Assembly (NCBI GenBank): GCA_977030845.1
Contig: OZ365114.1
Span: forward strand, 21,266,001 to 21,330,000
DNA length: 64,000 nucleotides
Direction of reading: 5' to 3'
Source of the DNA: Fimbriosthenelais zetlandica
Lineage: Eukaryota
Shown here piece by piece: positions 1 through 16,972 of the stretch. A program made the translations under genes and the position numbers. The notes beneath the pieces were generated by a model that did no database searches, was not told the DNA's origin, and saw nothing but the letters and a program-made list of their open reading frames with translations. Numbering within the stretch: the first letter of the stretch is position 1; every line of letters starts with the position of its first letter.

Positions 1-1153
1 ACCCGTGACGGACATGTAAGCACTCTGCCGGGGATCCTTTGTTCATTTTTCCGTATACTATTATAGATAATATACTAGTCTATTTATTTCCTTACCTGGC
101 CCTCGGCATTAATTTATTAGAAGCACTTCGAGTTATTCATAACCATGCAAGGGACAAAATCCGTCATGCCGTGCAACCCTGAAATGCTTTGCAGTAGGTT
201 GAATGTAAATAAGGCTGTAGAGTTGCGTATACGTATATCGTGATGACGAAGTAGATTTTCAGGACACTCACAGGGAATGTGTATTTAGGGCCTCTCGGGC
301 AATAGTGATGGATGTCAAATCTTCATGACTGTATGTCATAAAATGTAATTCAATAGAAAATTTGGCTAAGACTAAGTGTGATATAGGTCCAGTAAAAGGG
401 AAGTTGGGTATGGAGGTTGAAGTAAAGGATCCAGGGGTGGAGGGTGTAGTGGGGGTTACAACCCCCACCCTTGAACTCTTTTTTTGAAAGCTCAACTTAA
501 TAAAGAAAGGTCGGAGGAGGGAGTGGTTCTACTTGAATTATAGAGTGTACATTTAAGGTGAAATTAAAGTATGTTGGTTAACAGGAATTAAAGTATGTTG
601 GTGAGTATGGTTTACAGTAATTGTGTGACCTGATATCGGTCAGTACCATCCTGTATACACCCTCCATACATGTATGGGTGAACGGATAGCCAGGACATTA
701 AGTTCATAAACTTTAGATGAAATGTGTCACCAGTCTCCTTAAACGTTTACAATCAGTCAAGCCTCGCCTCCCATAACCCCGCCAGATTATCTTATAATGG
801 CGACAAGGGTCATTATCTCATTAAATAAAAATAACTAGCTTTTATATCCTTACTGGAAATATTTTTATCATGTCTTTTCCATTATAACTATTAGCCATGA
901 GTTATTTAACTCATGAGACATAACTCTGGTGTTCCTGTATCATTATTTCGATCCTTACATACAAAATAATTATATGATAAGGTCATATCTGAGGCTTTAA
1001 ATCTTGTATGTACTGTCCTGTAAAATGGAAATATATTTAATTCCATATGAGAAAATTATGGATAAAAATCCCTCAGAAATTGGTAGTATTCCGATTTATG
1101 AGAATCACTTGATACTGTAAATTGATGATTCTGCATAATGATATCTTTTTTAG

Positions 1154-4100
1154 AACAAATGAAGAAGCCCACCATTAATGAGGGGAGATTACGTGCCCTG
1201 TGTGTTCTCACGTATTCTGGTAATGAAGAGTTACAGAGGTCAGCCGCCCTCTGCTTCGCTGAACTCAGTGACAGGAGTAAGTCTGCATTCCTTTAATCAT
1301 TCCTCAGATCTCTCATGTATAACAAAAGACTGGCTTTTACAAGCAGACATGAACCTATTTATATGAGCCCTACTCTCAGTAAAACCTATTGAATAATAAT
1401 TCCTATTTCATTATTATGTACTTAATGCAAAGATTTAGGATAGTAAATAAGATAAGTAAGGTATCTGCTTTCATATATTTACAGTAACTAACTATTTAGT
1501 GGTGAATATAGAGATAATTTTATTCTTTTTTCATTTCAAATATTATTTGCTCCTCTCTTGCAATTTATAACTATCTGTCTTTAAATTCATTCATCCAGTG
1601 CAAACAGAGATAAGTCCAGCTATCTTAGAACCACTGGTCGTCTTGCTCAAATCCCGGGACAAGCAGGTACAGAAAGCTGCCTCGCTTGCCACTAGTAATT
1701 TCGCCCTGAATGGACCAGGTATGTACGTCACTTATGTCCCATGAACTATATGGAAACATATGATCAGTGAAAAAAATATCTAGATGCATATTAACAGGAG
1801 CTAATTCCATGCTCTATATTTGACAAAGGAGGGGACAGGCTCACAGCAGTTGATTTTTAGGAAGATTCTTTCCAGAGAACCTATTTACACGTTTTTTTCA
1901 ATACATGTGCTATTTACATAGCCCCCTTAAGATAGGGTCGAATGGAAATCTGGGTTATGGTTTGTTTTTCCAGTACACACAACCTTTACTTCAAGTTACA
2001 ATACGTCCTTGTCTATGCACCAACTAGAATTTAATTATTTAATTTCCGCTCTGTATGACCTCTTTTTTCATCCATTTATATCGATTATTATGTGGGGAAA
2101 ATACATGTATATATATGATTATTTTGTTTTAGATGTAAACCGGTCACTAATAGTGAAATGTGGAGCCCTGGCAGCCTTACTGGACCTGATGAAGTCTGAT
2201 AGCATTGAGGTGTTGTGTAATGCCTGTGGCTGTATCACGACCCTCGCCACTAACGGTATCTATGGTTTATACTCACTCCTTCCAATACTCATTACTCATA
2301 GTCTAAAGATACATGTACTATTTTGCTTTTTCGCTTATTTGGAGGGTACATTTAAACAGGCCAAAAACAACTGGCATAAATTATGCTGCCCGTTATCCAT
2401 TTAAAATGATAGGCCTCATATATTAAATATAGTCTAAGTACCACTTTTACCCAATCCATGCTTACCACGTTTACCCATGCGATGCTTATGTCTTCACCAC
2501 ATGCCTAAGGGTGAACTTCTTTCTCTGAGATATTTTCTTTTTTTGCACCCTCCCTCCTTGCTTTTCACAGAAATGTATGATATCAAACAGAAAAAAAAGT
2601 TCTCCTTAATTTCAATATTTTTGTTTTCTCACTCTAGAGGAGAGTAAGCGAGCTGTAGTAGAGGCGGGTGGTATTGCACCCATACTCTCCCTGGCCGGTT
2701 CAGCTAGAGATGTCCGCGTACAGAGAAATGCCTGCGGGGCCCTCCTCAACCTCACTCACTTACGTAAGTTTACATTAAAACCTAAATTACTTCTGATTAA
2801 AGCCTTTATGTCTATTAGACATTAAAGGGATAAAAGAACAGTCGTATGCATCTCAAAGTGACTACCAGTCACGCCACCTATTGTATTTTTCCCCCATAGA
2901 CTTTCATTGTAACACTCACACTGCCAGTGGCGCCCTCTGATTAATATGGGCCTAATCCTCTCTATTGGCGTCAATGGAGAGATTATGCCTATATTCATCA
3001 TGTTTTCTTGCAATAACTTTCTAGATATTCCATACTTTTTCACGAAATGTCTTTGATTCGTTCATTGAACTCCCCTTTATCACTTGAAGAAACACCTTTG
3101 AATAAGCTACTCTTTCTCACAGCCCCTTGAAGTGTCTTATTAGAGAATCTCTGATTAGGGGACAACTCCATAAATAGTGAATACCGATTACCCTGCCAAC
3201 AATGGCTTTAAGATACAATATATGGAGGTTTTACTTTATTTACAAATGGAGTCCTTTTATTACAGGTAGAACATAAAACTGGTTTAGTACATCAAATCTT
3301 ACATTAGTTACATCTTAACAGTAATCCTTAACATTATTGTTAATATTTATAGAGAGTATTAGGAATGAGCTGGTAGAGGAGGGAGCCCTACCTGTCCTGG
3401 TGGTGGCCCTCAACTCGCCTGATGTACACGTCCACTACTATACTGCTGCTGCTCTCAGTAACCTGGCCGTCAATGAGCGTCACCGAGCCATGATGGTCGC
3501 TATAGGTCACTATGACGTCATCAGAAGACTCCTACAGCTTCTCAAATCTAAACAAAAACGGGTGAGCATTGCTGTTAAATGGATTAGTATAGAATATATT
3601 AGATACTAGTTTTAAAAATATTAGTATTTTTGGTTCGTTGTGATGTTTTACAGTCATTGAGTGTTCATAAAGTTCCTCAGTTTTTCATTGGATTTTTTAG
3701 ATTTGAAAGTAAAACCATTTTTGTTTAGAGTTACTTTATAATCAGTTGTCAAAAAGAGTAGATTAATATAGAGTAGGTTAAACTAGAGTAGATTAATATG
3801 CTTTGCCTCCCTTTTGACTAAGTTTAAGTTGATATCCTTAAATTATGTACGTTTGAGTTGTCTTAGTAGTTTTTACCAGTTGCTTTTATTTTTGTCACCA
3901 TTTAAGTAGTTTTTATTTATGTCTGGCCATGAAGGTACGTTACCAAGCTTGCCTTGCGCTTAGGAATCTCGCCTCAGACAGTAAGTCATCAATATGACTA
4001 ATCCTTGACCTTATCCATTGACAAGGTCCCTCCCCATTTATAAGCAATTATTATTATTTATTCCAATTATATATAGGATCATTAAAATAAGCACTTCGCA

Positions 4101-5666
4101 CTTAAAGATATTCCCTATAAAATTCAGGGCCATAATATTATATGAAACTCCTGTTCTATTTAAGCCTTTGATTGCTTCATTTTCTAGGTGACAACCAGAT
4201 CCATATAGTCAAACTGAAGGGCCTACCCAAACTACATGACCTAGTCAAAGTCTCAGATGGGGAAGTTCTCACCGCAGCCCTGGCCTGCCTCCGTAACCTG
4301 TCTATACATAAAGCTAATGAGGTAGGCTAGTTTTATTCTTAAATATTTTAATATTCTTCTTAAATATCTTAATTCTTGATAGCTTGAGCTTGGGTATATG
4401 TCTTATTATATCTGACTTTCAATATGTTTCAATCAATTTTCAGGCTGGTATCATAGCCGAGACTTTCCTCTCGGAGTTACGTAAACTTGTGATCAGGAAT
4501 TCAAATCCCGAGGCTCAGGCTCATGCTGCGGGTACCATACGTAACCTGGCAGCTGGTGAAGAAATCCAGGTAAGTAGCCGTGCTACCCACAATGTGAGGT
4601 GGTACGCAGGTATCTAATATATTCTATTAGGTCTAATAATTTCACATCTCACTTGTTATTACTCTCTCGGTTACAGAAGATGAGTAAGAGCGGGTGTGTG
4701 GAGGCGCTCGTCACAGTGTTACTCAACAAGTCTACTCACATCGCAGTCCTCTCAGAGGTCACAGCTGCTCTCGCTGTCCTTGCAGATGAAGGTACTATAA
4801 TACTAACATATAAATCTTTTGCATTTCCATTATATTTTTTGGCTACAGGAGAAATTAGTCACCTGATATCGCAATAGATTGTGTGCCAGACAAGGGGCAT
4901 GTAAAAGAAACAGCCGTTAGGGAAGAGTAGGCCATTGTGTAACGACAGTGTGTTTCCTTCTCGACCTGAGTTACTGCTGACTGAACATTATATATTCACA
5001 AATATTATTGCTTTCTCCCTTTTTTCCAGATACGAACAAAACAAAGATGATGCACCTAAATGAGGGTAAGGTCCTGCAGCGCCTCATCTCCCTGGCGGTG
5101 TACAGTGAACTACTGGATGTCAGATATAACTGTGCTGGTACCATAGGCCAGTTAGTGCTTGCAGGTAATACCAGCAACATTACGATTTGTACAACAACAT
5201 GTGCTTTTTACCATTGACTTTTTTGTCATGGCCCAGTTTCTCTATTTTATGATCTAGAAATCCCGGCAGGAGTCCTGGAGAAATGTACACCTAGTTTGTT
5301 GGATTATCTCGAGCTCTACCTTCACTCTGATGATGATAGTTTTATACACATCTCCTTGTGGACTCTCCTCCAACTACTCTCTGGTAAAACACTATGCCAA
5401 TACATTACAATGACCCACATAGTTGGTTACGATTCAGTGACATTATATATAATTTAACTCAATTTGCAATGATACGTCTTCCCTCATCATAATACAATAG
5501 GAACATTACATAATATTTCTTGTTGGTTACAGATGAACAATTCCTGCCTGCAGCTCGGGTCCACAAGCTAAACAAGTCCATCTTCAAACTTGTTCAATCA
5601 GATCATTCAGCAGCCATCAAAGAACTGGCAGAGACCATCCAAAACAAGATGAAAAATCAATCGTGA
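1154..5666 (+). CDS. VAC8: Vacuolar protein 8-like armadillo-repeat protein (5' end incomplete; about 504 aa recovered from 12 exons)
   Basis: GT-AG exons 1154-1276, 1599-1718, 2133-2255, 2638-2763, 3353-3561, 3935-3980, 4188-4321, 4444-4569, 4677-4791, 5030-5164, 5258-5383, 5533-5666 join in one frame ending in TGA. Peptides such as [57 protein letters not shown] and FIHISLWTLLQLL are collinear with yeast Vac8 as I recall it ([69 protein letters not shown]). Start exon not identified. The symbol denotes similarity, not proven orthology. Confidence 0.9.
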
Positions 5667-7328
5667 TTTGCTGGATTATATCTGAATATGAATTTCTTAT
5701 TTGTTGAGGAAATCTTGTCTGGGACAAGCACAACTGGGACAATCACAAAAGTAAGGTGTTGCTCTTGGAAAATGAACCAAGAAATATTGCTCTGAAGTCC
5801 TGACTATATTATATTTAGAGTATAATATCTGTAGTTTTTGAGTCACCACCTTATGTCAAATGTTAGTTTCTGAATGGATCGAAACTCTCCTGATATATTT
5901 TACTTTTGGAGATGTTTTGGTATTGAAAGTTTGATTACTGAAAGTGGCATTCCAGCCTTGATAGGCAGGTTCCAGTATGATTCATGCACATTGCGTTTGT
6001 AATAATAATATTGATCACAGGTTACAATTCAAAACCTACCTCTCAATCTACAATTGATGGGTGAGAATTGACAAAAGGCCTACATATAAAGGGCAGGAGA
6101 TCCCTATTTTTTTGGGTTCCCTCAGTTGATCATTGTTTTGTATGTGTTCATTAGTGCCTCTTTTTGATATCGTTTATTGCTTCTAATTTATTATGCAATG
6201 GTGTTTACCATCCGTTATTATTAGGAAATATGTAATTCATTAACGTAACCCCGAGCGCGTGTAATTCTCGGACGATTGTTACCGATTTATGTTGCTTTAC
6301 TTGTTAGTGTGATAGTTGATACGCTGCGTACATGTACTCTTAAACTATCCAAAGACAATTTTTCTGTCAATTTCTGCTAGAAAAATCCACTAAGTCATCA
6401 CCTAACAATCCACTCACTACTGTGGATAATTTAAATGTAATCGATCCATGACTGAAATACATGCTATCTTACTAAAGGATACAGTCGAAAATAAGGTTTA
6501 TGCCTGAAACGACTGCGAAAGCATTAGCTTGATTTATGCCCGCGCTCTCTGGGCTGGCAGTGCACAGAGGCAGTCCAAGGTGCCTTGCATGAGCGAGACT
6601 ACAAAAACGCTCTGATGTGTTCAGTTAAGGCATTACACTTTAAACTTGGTAGAATCTCCTAAATATACTTGTATTTTGCGATAATTTATATAACTAACAT
6701 CAGTTAGTTCTCTGGAAATCGTTATAGTTTTCAATGTATTTTGTATGTTGTAATGTGAAAAAGAAAAGGTTTTTGTGTATGTGTTACATGATTAGTGAAG
6801 GTATTAACGATTTATTGCTTGGTTGGAAATGGTTTGGTTAGAGATTGTAGCTTTAGGGCCAAGTCAATCACCCTGACAATAGGCAAATCACCTCGAGGTG
6901 ACGTGAAGGAATTCCGGGTACAAAAACCCAAGATTACATTTTCCTTGTTGTGAAAGATAGGTCTTATATGTTGACAAAATAAATATCTAAACTAAACTAT
7001 TGAGTCCAATGCTTTCTAAATTATTATTTTTTGTAGATGTAAAGTCGTAAAAGGATGTATTAGGAAAATGATCGAAGCCAGACGTATAATTATTGCTGAC
7101 CTCCCTCAAAGTTAACAGTGGGTCACATATTGCCCTAACCCCTTTCCTGAGAACCACAGGCCAGACGTTTCTATAGAAAAGCTATTGAATAGATTATGGA
7201 AGGTCATATTACTGCATACAGACGTGATAGGTACAGTATAGTTGGAATACAAAATACACAAATCTAAAAGTAACACGGAAGGCATAATTAGAAGTCCATG
7301 ATTGAACTTCCCTTAACCCCGTTTTCAA

Positions 7329-7639
7329 GGAGCACTATATATATATCACGGAGTGCGGTCATACTCCACGTGACCAGGTCAAGTCTGTCCTAAGACTGAA
7401 GTAGGTCCTTCCTTTTAAGTACTTCCTTAAAAATCTCAGGACGATCGTTCTTAGTTTTCAGTACTAACTGCAGACTCAAAATGATTAAACTTCATCCGTA
7501 CTTTTATCTAGATATGGCCGTCCTAAGATTTAAGGAATTACTTAAGAGGAAGGACCTACTTAAATCTGCGGACCGTATGACGTCGCTCAGAATGAAGCAG
7601 GTCCCCCGGGCGCTCATTGCGCCTCCGTGATAGTGCCCC
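7329..7639. mobile_element. MITE-like non-autonomous foldback element
   Basis: Outer inverted termini GGAGCACTA(TATATATA)TCACGGAG and CTCCGTGATAGTGCCCC, plus an inner inverted repeat of about 43 bp (7399-7443 vs 7519-7561, about 90% identical). No coding capacity; no clear target-site duplication. Confidence 0.65.
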
Positions 7640-8729
7640 TTTAAACCCTTCAGCTTGGTATTTAGCCCGCCATAGTTAGGCCGGCTGCCTTCGTACCGGG
7701 TCTTTTTCTGGCTAGAAAGTAAGCACTATAATATATACAATATCCTACATCTCTTACTACCCAAGTTTTCCAGGGCCTGCAGTGGTCCCCATAGATAACA
7801 GTGAGATAAGAACCTTCTGCTTACAGCACGCTTACTGAAAACTGGTTCATCTGATCCATTCATTGGAAGACAAGGTCTTGTTCAAGGTTTGTTCATTACA
7901 AAGTTTTTATATTTTATCCTGATATATGTCATATTGCTACTCTTCTGCCTCTCGGCATCAGAGGCGTCAGCTATATTCAGTGCAAATGACGTTAACTAAA
8001 TTCAACGAGCTATATATCCACGGAACTCTTAATTGTGGCCTTATTACAGATGCTCAAACCTAGAAAAAAATAATACTTTTTCTCTAACCTGTCGATATGA
8101 TTAAGTAGAGATGTACAAATTGAACAGACATTGAGGAATGTCAATTGGTACTTTGAACTTTCGCAGCGTGATATAAGATAAGATCTTTCGATTCAATGTT
8201 TCGTCCATTCTTATCTATTGATTTCTTCATGCCAGACAAAGGGTACATAAGTAGATTCAATTAGAGGATTTCCCTGTCAACTTACCATATTAAAAATTGA
8301 CTGGACAACCGTGAGAAACCTATTTTCCCGCATTTACTCATGAAATTGACATTTTGTGAGTAAGTACTATTTCATGACACAGGTAACAGATTTACATAGG
8401 TAACAGATTGAATTTCAGATTGAATGTAGACTATGTATTTTGCACCTAAGTGCTCCCAGATTTCATGATTCATATGATTGGCATCAATATAATGAGATAT
8501 GGCAGGAAGAGCGTCAGCCGGCGGGTTTGTTACATCCCTAACTACATGAATGTGCCATGTTAAACATGGGAACATGTCAATTGACCCTATGACCCTAGGG
8601 TAAGGTGGGGGTGGGCTGGGAGTAGCAGACTGGGTTAACCTCCCACAGACAACTTTATGTAGGCCTACGTTTTATTCATATATTCCCATGATTAAATGTG
8701 AACTTTGCAGTAAGACCAGGATAGGATTT

Positions 8730-8831
8730 GGCAATGGCGAACCACATTCACATCGCGCAAACACATCGCAAAGCATGGAAAAATTGGGCGATGGCGAATC
8801 ACAAAATCACATTTGGTGATGGCCAATCACA
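8730..8831. repeat. Three degenerate copies of a 17-mer GGYRATGGCSAAYCACA
   Basis: Copies at 8730 (ggcaatggcgaaccaca), 8787 (ggcgatggcgaatcaca) and 8815 (ggtgatggccaatcaca); spacings 57 and 28 suggest a period of about 28 bp. Confidence 0.6.
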
Positions 8832-10065
8832 AAATATTATGAATGCAGAGCTTTTTGCAACCCATGCATTGTGACTTATCACGACAGGGGAAATATTTAT
8901 CGTTTTAATCAGTAAATAACGCTTGTATCCTGATAATGAGGTTCAGTTAGGTTCAATATCTCAGAAGTAGATTATCAGGACTCGGTGATAAAAGCAATAG
9001 GATTACTAATTTACAGCCATCACGCTACTTCATCAATAAATAGCCCATGACAGGCCATAACTGTACATGGACTCAAATGCACTGGTTCAATTAGGCATTT
9101 TCAACAAGAATAATTTGTCACTAAAAAAGTGACGGAGGAACTGGAATAACATATTTTCCCACTTCATGGAAATTGTATTTAGGAACGATTTTCATCGACA
9201 TGTCTTGAGGAAAAACTCATAGGAAACAACTTATGATAATTATAATACTTGATCTCCTCATAGGCTTTTGACATTTTCCCCATTTCGAGTGGTATGATAA
9301 CAAAAATATTTTTTGTGCTCCTGAATGATACATTCTTGTAAAGGAGGAAATGGATTAATCAGTTAACTATTGTTTTACATGCTTACAGCTGTTAGGACGG
9401 AATAACCCTGGGTTATTTCGTCCCTTCTCACAAACATATTGATTATCGCATCTTTTTATCTTTTTGCGCATCAACATAACAATCTATTGCGAGTTACGAG
9501 CTGTTTTGAAGGTATGAATCCAATCCTTCCGGCAGACTGGCGATGTCACTAATTGGCATGAGACATATTTCATGTTAAGCGCTCATATAACTCTTAATTG
9601 TATCTGCTACCATCGACCTTTTAAGTAAATACAATTTCTCAAAACGTTTAATATGGCTTGCTGTATAAATAATACTGTGCCTTTAGTAAGAATTTTGGAA
9701 TTCTGCTCCATTATATTATCTCCTTTTATTTGTAGGAATATTTATGCACAATTCATATGGCTCGTAACTCCTTCCTGTTGCCAGTCATCGGTGAAGTCTG
9801 GGGTGCTATAGGAAGATTACAGTGTCTGCTTGTGACATTAGTTTGGCATCGCCTGAACATTAGATAATGAAGGCAAAATAGAGAGGAGGGCACAAAAACT
9901 GGAGAGAGTGTGATCAAGTGAGGAAAAGAAGCAACAAGACTAGGAAATTCAGAGGTGAGACAGAAGGAGTTTAGAGAAAGACAATTTAAGGAGCAAGGGA
10001 GACAAGCCGCAGGAAATCTCAGAACATTATTGTGCGACATTAATTTAATATCTCCCTTTCTCAAA

Positions 10066-13000
10066 ATGTATTTTGACGACATATATCGAGAGATAGGAGA
10101 GTTTGGAAAGTATCAAATCTTCATGTACTGTATGGTTGGATTGGTGGGAATCCCAACTGGTAAGTATGGAACTTTTTCCCAGACTTTGTACTCAACTTTG
10201 ATATATATGATCATTAAATAGCCGCTCAGCATGAGTATTATCAGAAGTGGCCATAGTTTTTGGCAAATGAGATACATTGTCTCAATCCGTACATTATATT
10301 AACATGCAAATTTGAAGGAAGCAGGACAGTACTTTGACAAAATATAAATAACAAAGTGTATGAACAAATGCATCTTCTCTAAAGGGCTCTGATCACTACA
10401 TAAATGTACTTAAAAAGCTATTAACATAATGGCGCTGGAATATTCCAGGTTGGCAGAATATGGCCATCACCTTCATTGGTGCTGATGTCCAGTCTTGGTG
10501 CAGGATAGATGCTCTGCAGAATTATACAGAAGACCAACAGAAGTTTATAGCGATACCAATGGAAGGTGGGGACTACGACAGGCAAGTTAAAATTCATATC
10601 TCTGATAACCGACCAAGGGGGAGATAATGTATAAGCTATATATTGTAAACAACAACTTTGAACAGTAGCCTAGCCTACATCTTGTAACATCCACATTGTG
10701 GCTTACAGTGCGGCGTCCTAAGTAACTCTAGCACAAGAGAATATGAGGAAATCTTGTGGAAATAATCAATGTGCAACCCAGTATGACAAATTAGTCACAA
10801 ATTACATGATAAATTATGTTACATTTATATTATTGTCACACATAATCATGAACCATGGGTAATTACACATGTAGGCCTATATTTTGCCCTTGTATGTAGA
10901 TGTCAATACTATGACCTCGACTACAACAATTACACTTATGAGGAGCTGACACACTGGAACAGAAGTTCAGACATCCCAGAGGACACAAAAGTCATGACCT
11001 GTGATCAGTATGTCCACAGCAAAAAGGTCTTCCAATCCACCATTGCCACTCAGGTTAATAGAAACTACCGCTATCCTTCCTATACCCACCCTATAAACCT
11101 ATATCTACAATAAAGTACTAACTCTTAGAAACACCTCCACTATAATGGTATTACTTCAATACTTTGAATAAATGAAAATCTATATTTGGTATAGTGGGAT
11201 TTGGTATGTGGAAAGAAAACTCTGGTGTCCATCGTTCAGACAGTCTACATGACTGGCTTTCTAAGTGGATGTGTCGTGTTCGGTCAGGTATCAGATATGT
11301 AAGTGGTTTTATAATCATAATTCTACCAAAATTACTTAATCATGTATTGTTCAATATGCGCAAGTGATGGCTGACTGTCAATCTATTACAGGTTTGGTAG
11401 GAGGAAGGCCCTCCTCGTGGCTCTGTTTCTGGAGGCAGTATTTGCCCTAGCAGCCACATTTTGTCCCATCTACTGGCTCTACTGTTTGTTAAGATTTGTA
11501 GTGGGTTTGTCAGCTGCTGGAGCTTTCACCACCTACTTTGTTATAAGTAAATATATTTCCTTCTATACATATAAACCATTCCATAGATGCAGTGAAACAT
11601 ATCTGAGTTCTAACCTGAATGGTATTCAAATTGGCAAGCGATGGTCACCTAACCAATATTGAATTTCCTCTCACCCTTTCAGTGATGGAGCTCATTGGTT
11701 TAAAATACCGGATGGTCACTGGCATTTTTATGCAGGGTTTCTTCACGATTGGTTTGATGTCATACCCGTGGATGTCCTATGCCATCCGCAACCACATTTA
11801 TCTACAACTAGTTGCAGTTGTCTTCACGGCATCACTCTGGCTACTTTACTTGTAAGTTCATAAAATCAGCTTTTGCATCAACTGTTAAATATGGATAAGT
11901 TACTTTCACAAGATAATTCTATCTAGTGAAAAACAGAAGTCACGAATTCGTGCTTTAGCATTGTAAGGAGTTGGTAATTGTATACATGTCATATTTTATG
12001 ATCAACAGTGTCATTCCTGAATCGCCCCGTTGGTTTGTGACGCATGGTCGAGATGAGCAAGCAAAAGCTCTCATCAAGAAGATTGCAAAAGTAAATGGTA
12101 CCAAATGTCCGCCAGTATTAGACCTGAAAGACAACAGGCACCATGTGAGTCCTCCTACTCTGTCATTGGTACATTAGTGCGTTACAATAATGAACGATTA
12201 AAATCTGAATGTGTCCAATAATCCAATTTCCAGGATACTTCAGCAAAACAAGCCAACATGAGCGATTTACTCAAAGGAAGGAAAATCAGGAAAATAACGT
12301 TAATCATGTGGTTTTGTTGGTATGTATAGGTCATGTACGAAGACGAAAACACTCTGATTGTTCATTAAAGGCCCATGAATTAAGGACATTTTAATATTAT
12401 TTGATGTACTTTCCTTTGAAGGTTCATCATCAGTATGGGCTACTATGGCTTGTCTCTAGGAGTGGACTTCCTTCAGGGCAGTTTATTCTTCAACTCCTTC
12501 ATGGCTGGTCTCGTAGAATTACCAGCCTATCTCCTAATCGTTTTGATTATGGACAAGACTGGTAGAAAATTGCCAACTGTGATTGGTTTTATCCTAGTGG
12601 CTATCTTCTGTCTGGCTTGTATGCCACTCCTTGACAAGGACAGTGAGTAACACATGAGTAAAATTCAACTACATCTAATCTTGGATCCATTAAATTCATT
12701 AGATCCATTGAGGTCAGGCCTATAAGAGTGAGATAGGTAAGGGATTAGATAATTAAAGTTGCCCTTTCATTCTTTTAGATATGGACATCTTGCTGACAGT
12801 CTTCCTCATGCTTGGTAAGGCCTGCTCGGCTGGCGTATTTGCCATCCTATATGTGTACGCTGCAGAACTTTTCCCAACTGTGGTTCGTAACGTCGGGGTG
12901 GGATCGTCATCTATGTGTGCCAGGATATCAGGCTTGCTCCAGCCCCAGGTGGCCAACCTGGTCAGTGAATACGTGTTTTTCTCTGAATTCTATAGACACT

Positions 13001-13505
13001 AGATAATACTGAGGTCATTAAAGCTTCAGTGGTTCTCTAACAAATAATATTTCATGTTTTCCACACGCAGAGGACGGTATGGGAACCGCTGCCATTTTTG
13101 GTATATGGAGCCACCTCACTTCTAGCAGGTTTTGCTGGGTTTTTGTTACCAGAAACGTTAGGCCAAAAACTACCAGAATCATTGGATGATGTAGCGGCAA
13201 TGAAGAGGTGTGTAATACAAAGCATATTCAGGAAGGCACATACTCACCGCTTAATTTGTACAAAAGATATTAATTAATAATAATACATACTCATGTACAT
13301 TGTATTTCCGATAGACACCGTATAAAAGTGTTCTAGACAAGAAAATGGAGAAAGGTAAAAGCTCAGCAGTTTCGAAACTCCATACACATAATTAATAAGG
13401 CATTATATGATTTATTGCAGACATGGTTTTAGCAAATCTAAAGATGGTTCAGCAGAGGAGGCTAAAAACGTTATCAACATGGACGATATAGATATGAAGT
13501 TTTAA
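10066..13505 (+). CDS. SLC22-family organic cation transporter (Orct/OCT-like MFS), 551 aa
   Basis: Exons 10066-10159, 10449-10581, 10900-11053, 11195-11298, 11392-11546, 11683-11851, 12009-12144, 12234-12319, 12422-12642, 12779-12960, 13071-13207, 13421-13505 total 1656 nt in frame. SLC22 hallmarks: [62 protein letters not shown]. Subfamily not assignable by eye. Confidence 0.93.
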
Positions 13506-14263
13506 GCTCATCACAACAACCCCATCCACTATACTCTCTTTCCAAGACTTTACACAACCTAGGATTTTTTGCAGAACTACCTTAATTTCCAAAGAGGAAT
13601 TATTAAATTGATTTTTAGTATGTGATAATCAAACTCAATTATCACATACTGAATACCATATCAGGAATACGTTTATCTATGACTAAATTACATGCAGAAA
13701 TTACTAAATAAAGTATATGTACATGACTTATTTTTTGTTATGTAAAACTAAAGTTAGCTATTTACGTCAAATATAACCTACAATATTTTATCTTACATCA
13801 GGTAGGCCTACTGGTTTTGACGGGATTATATAGCGCGATCCGATAACGAGATTATTGTACAGAGAATTATCTCTGTAGATAATTACCATATCCCTTGACA
13901 GTTGAACAATATTTCTATACATGTTGTAAATGTTATAATACTTCAATCACTGAATTATGAATCAAATTCACCAGGTGACGGTATGTTAAGGCACAATGAC
14001 TGGACCCAAAGATGAATCAGTCTCGATGACCTGAAATTAATCCTGAAAAGTTTCAAGGGCAGTATTCTTAAACTATGGCACGGAATGCATGGCAAGTGGA
14101 ACCAACGGTTAGCATTTTAAACACATTATATCTTTTCCAATGTGTTTTCCCATAATCGGAGAAAGAAGACGATAGGGGAATTCTTAATACTAATTCCTTA
14201 TCCTAAAGTGGAGGAATCAGATGGAACTTACTTGTTACTTATTTATATTTAGACTATAGGGGT

Positions 14264-16972
<2,709 letters not shown>

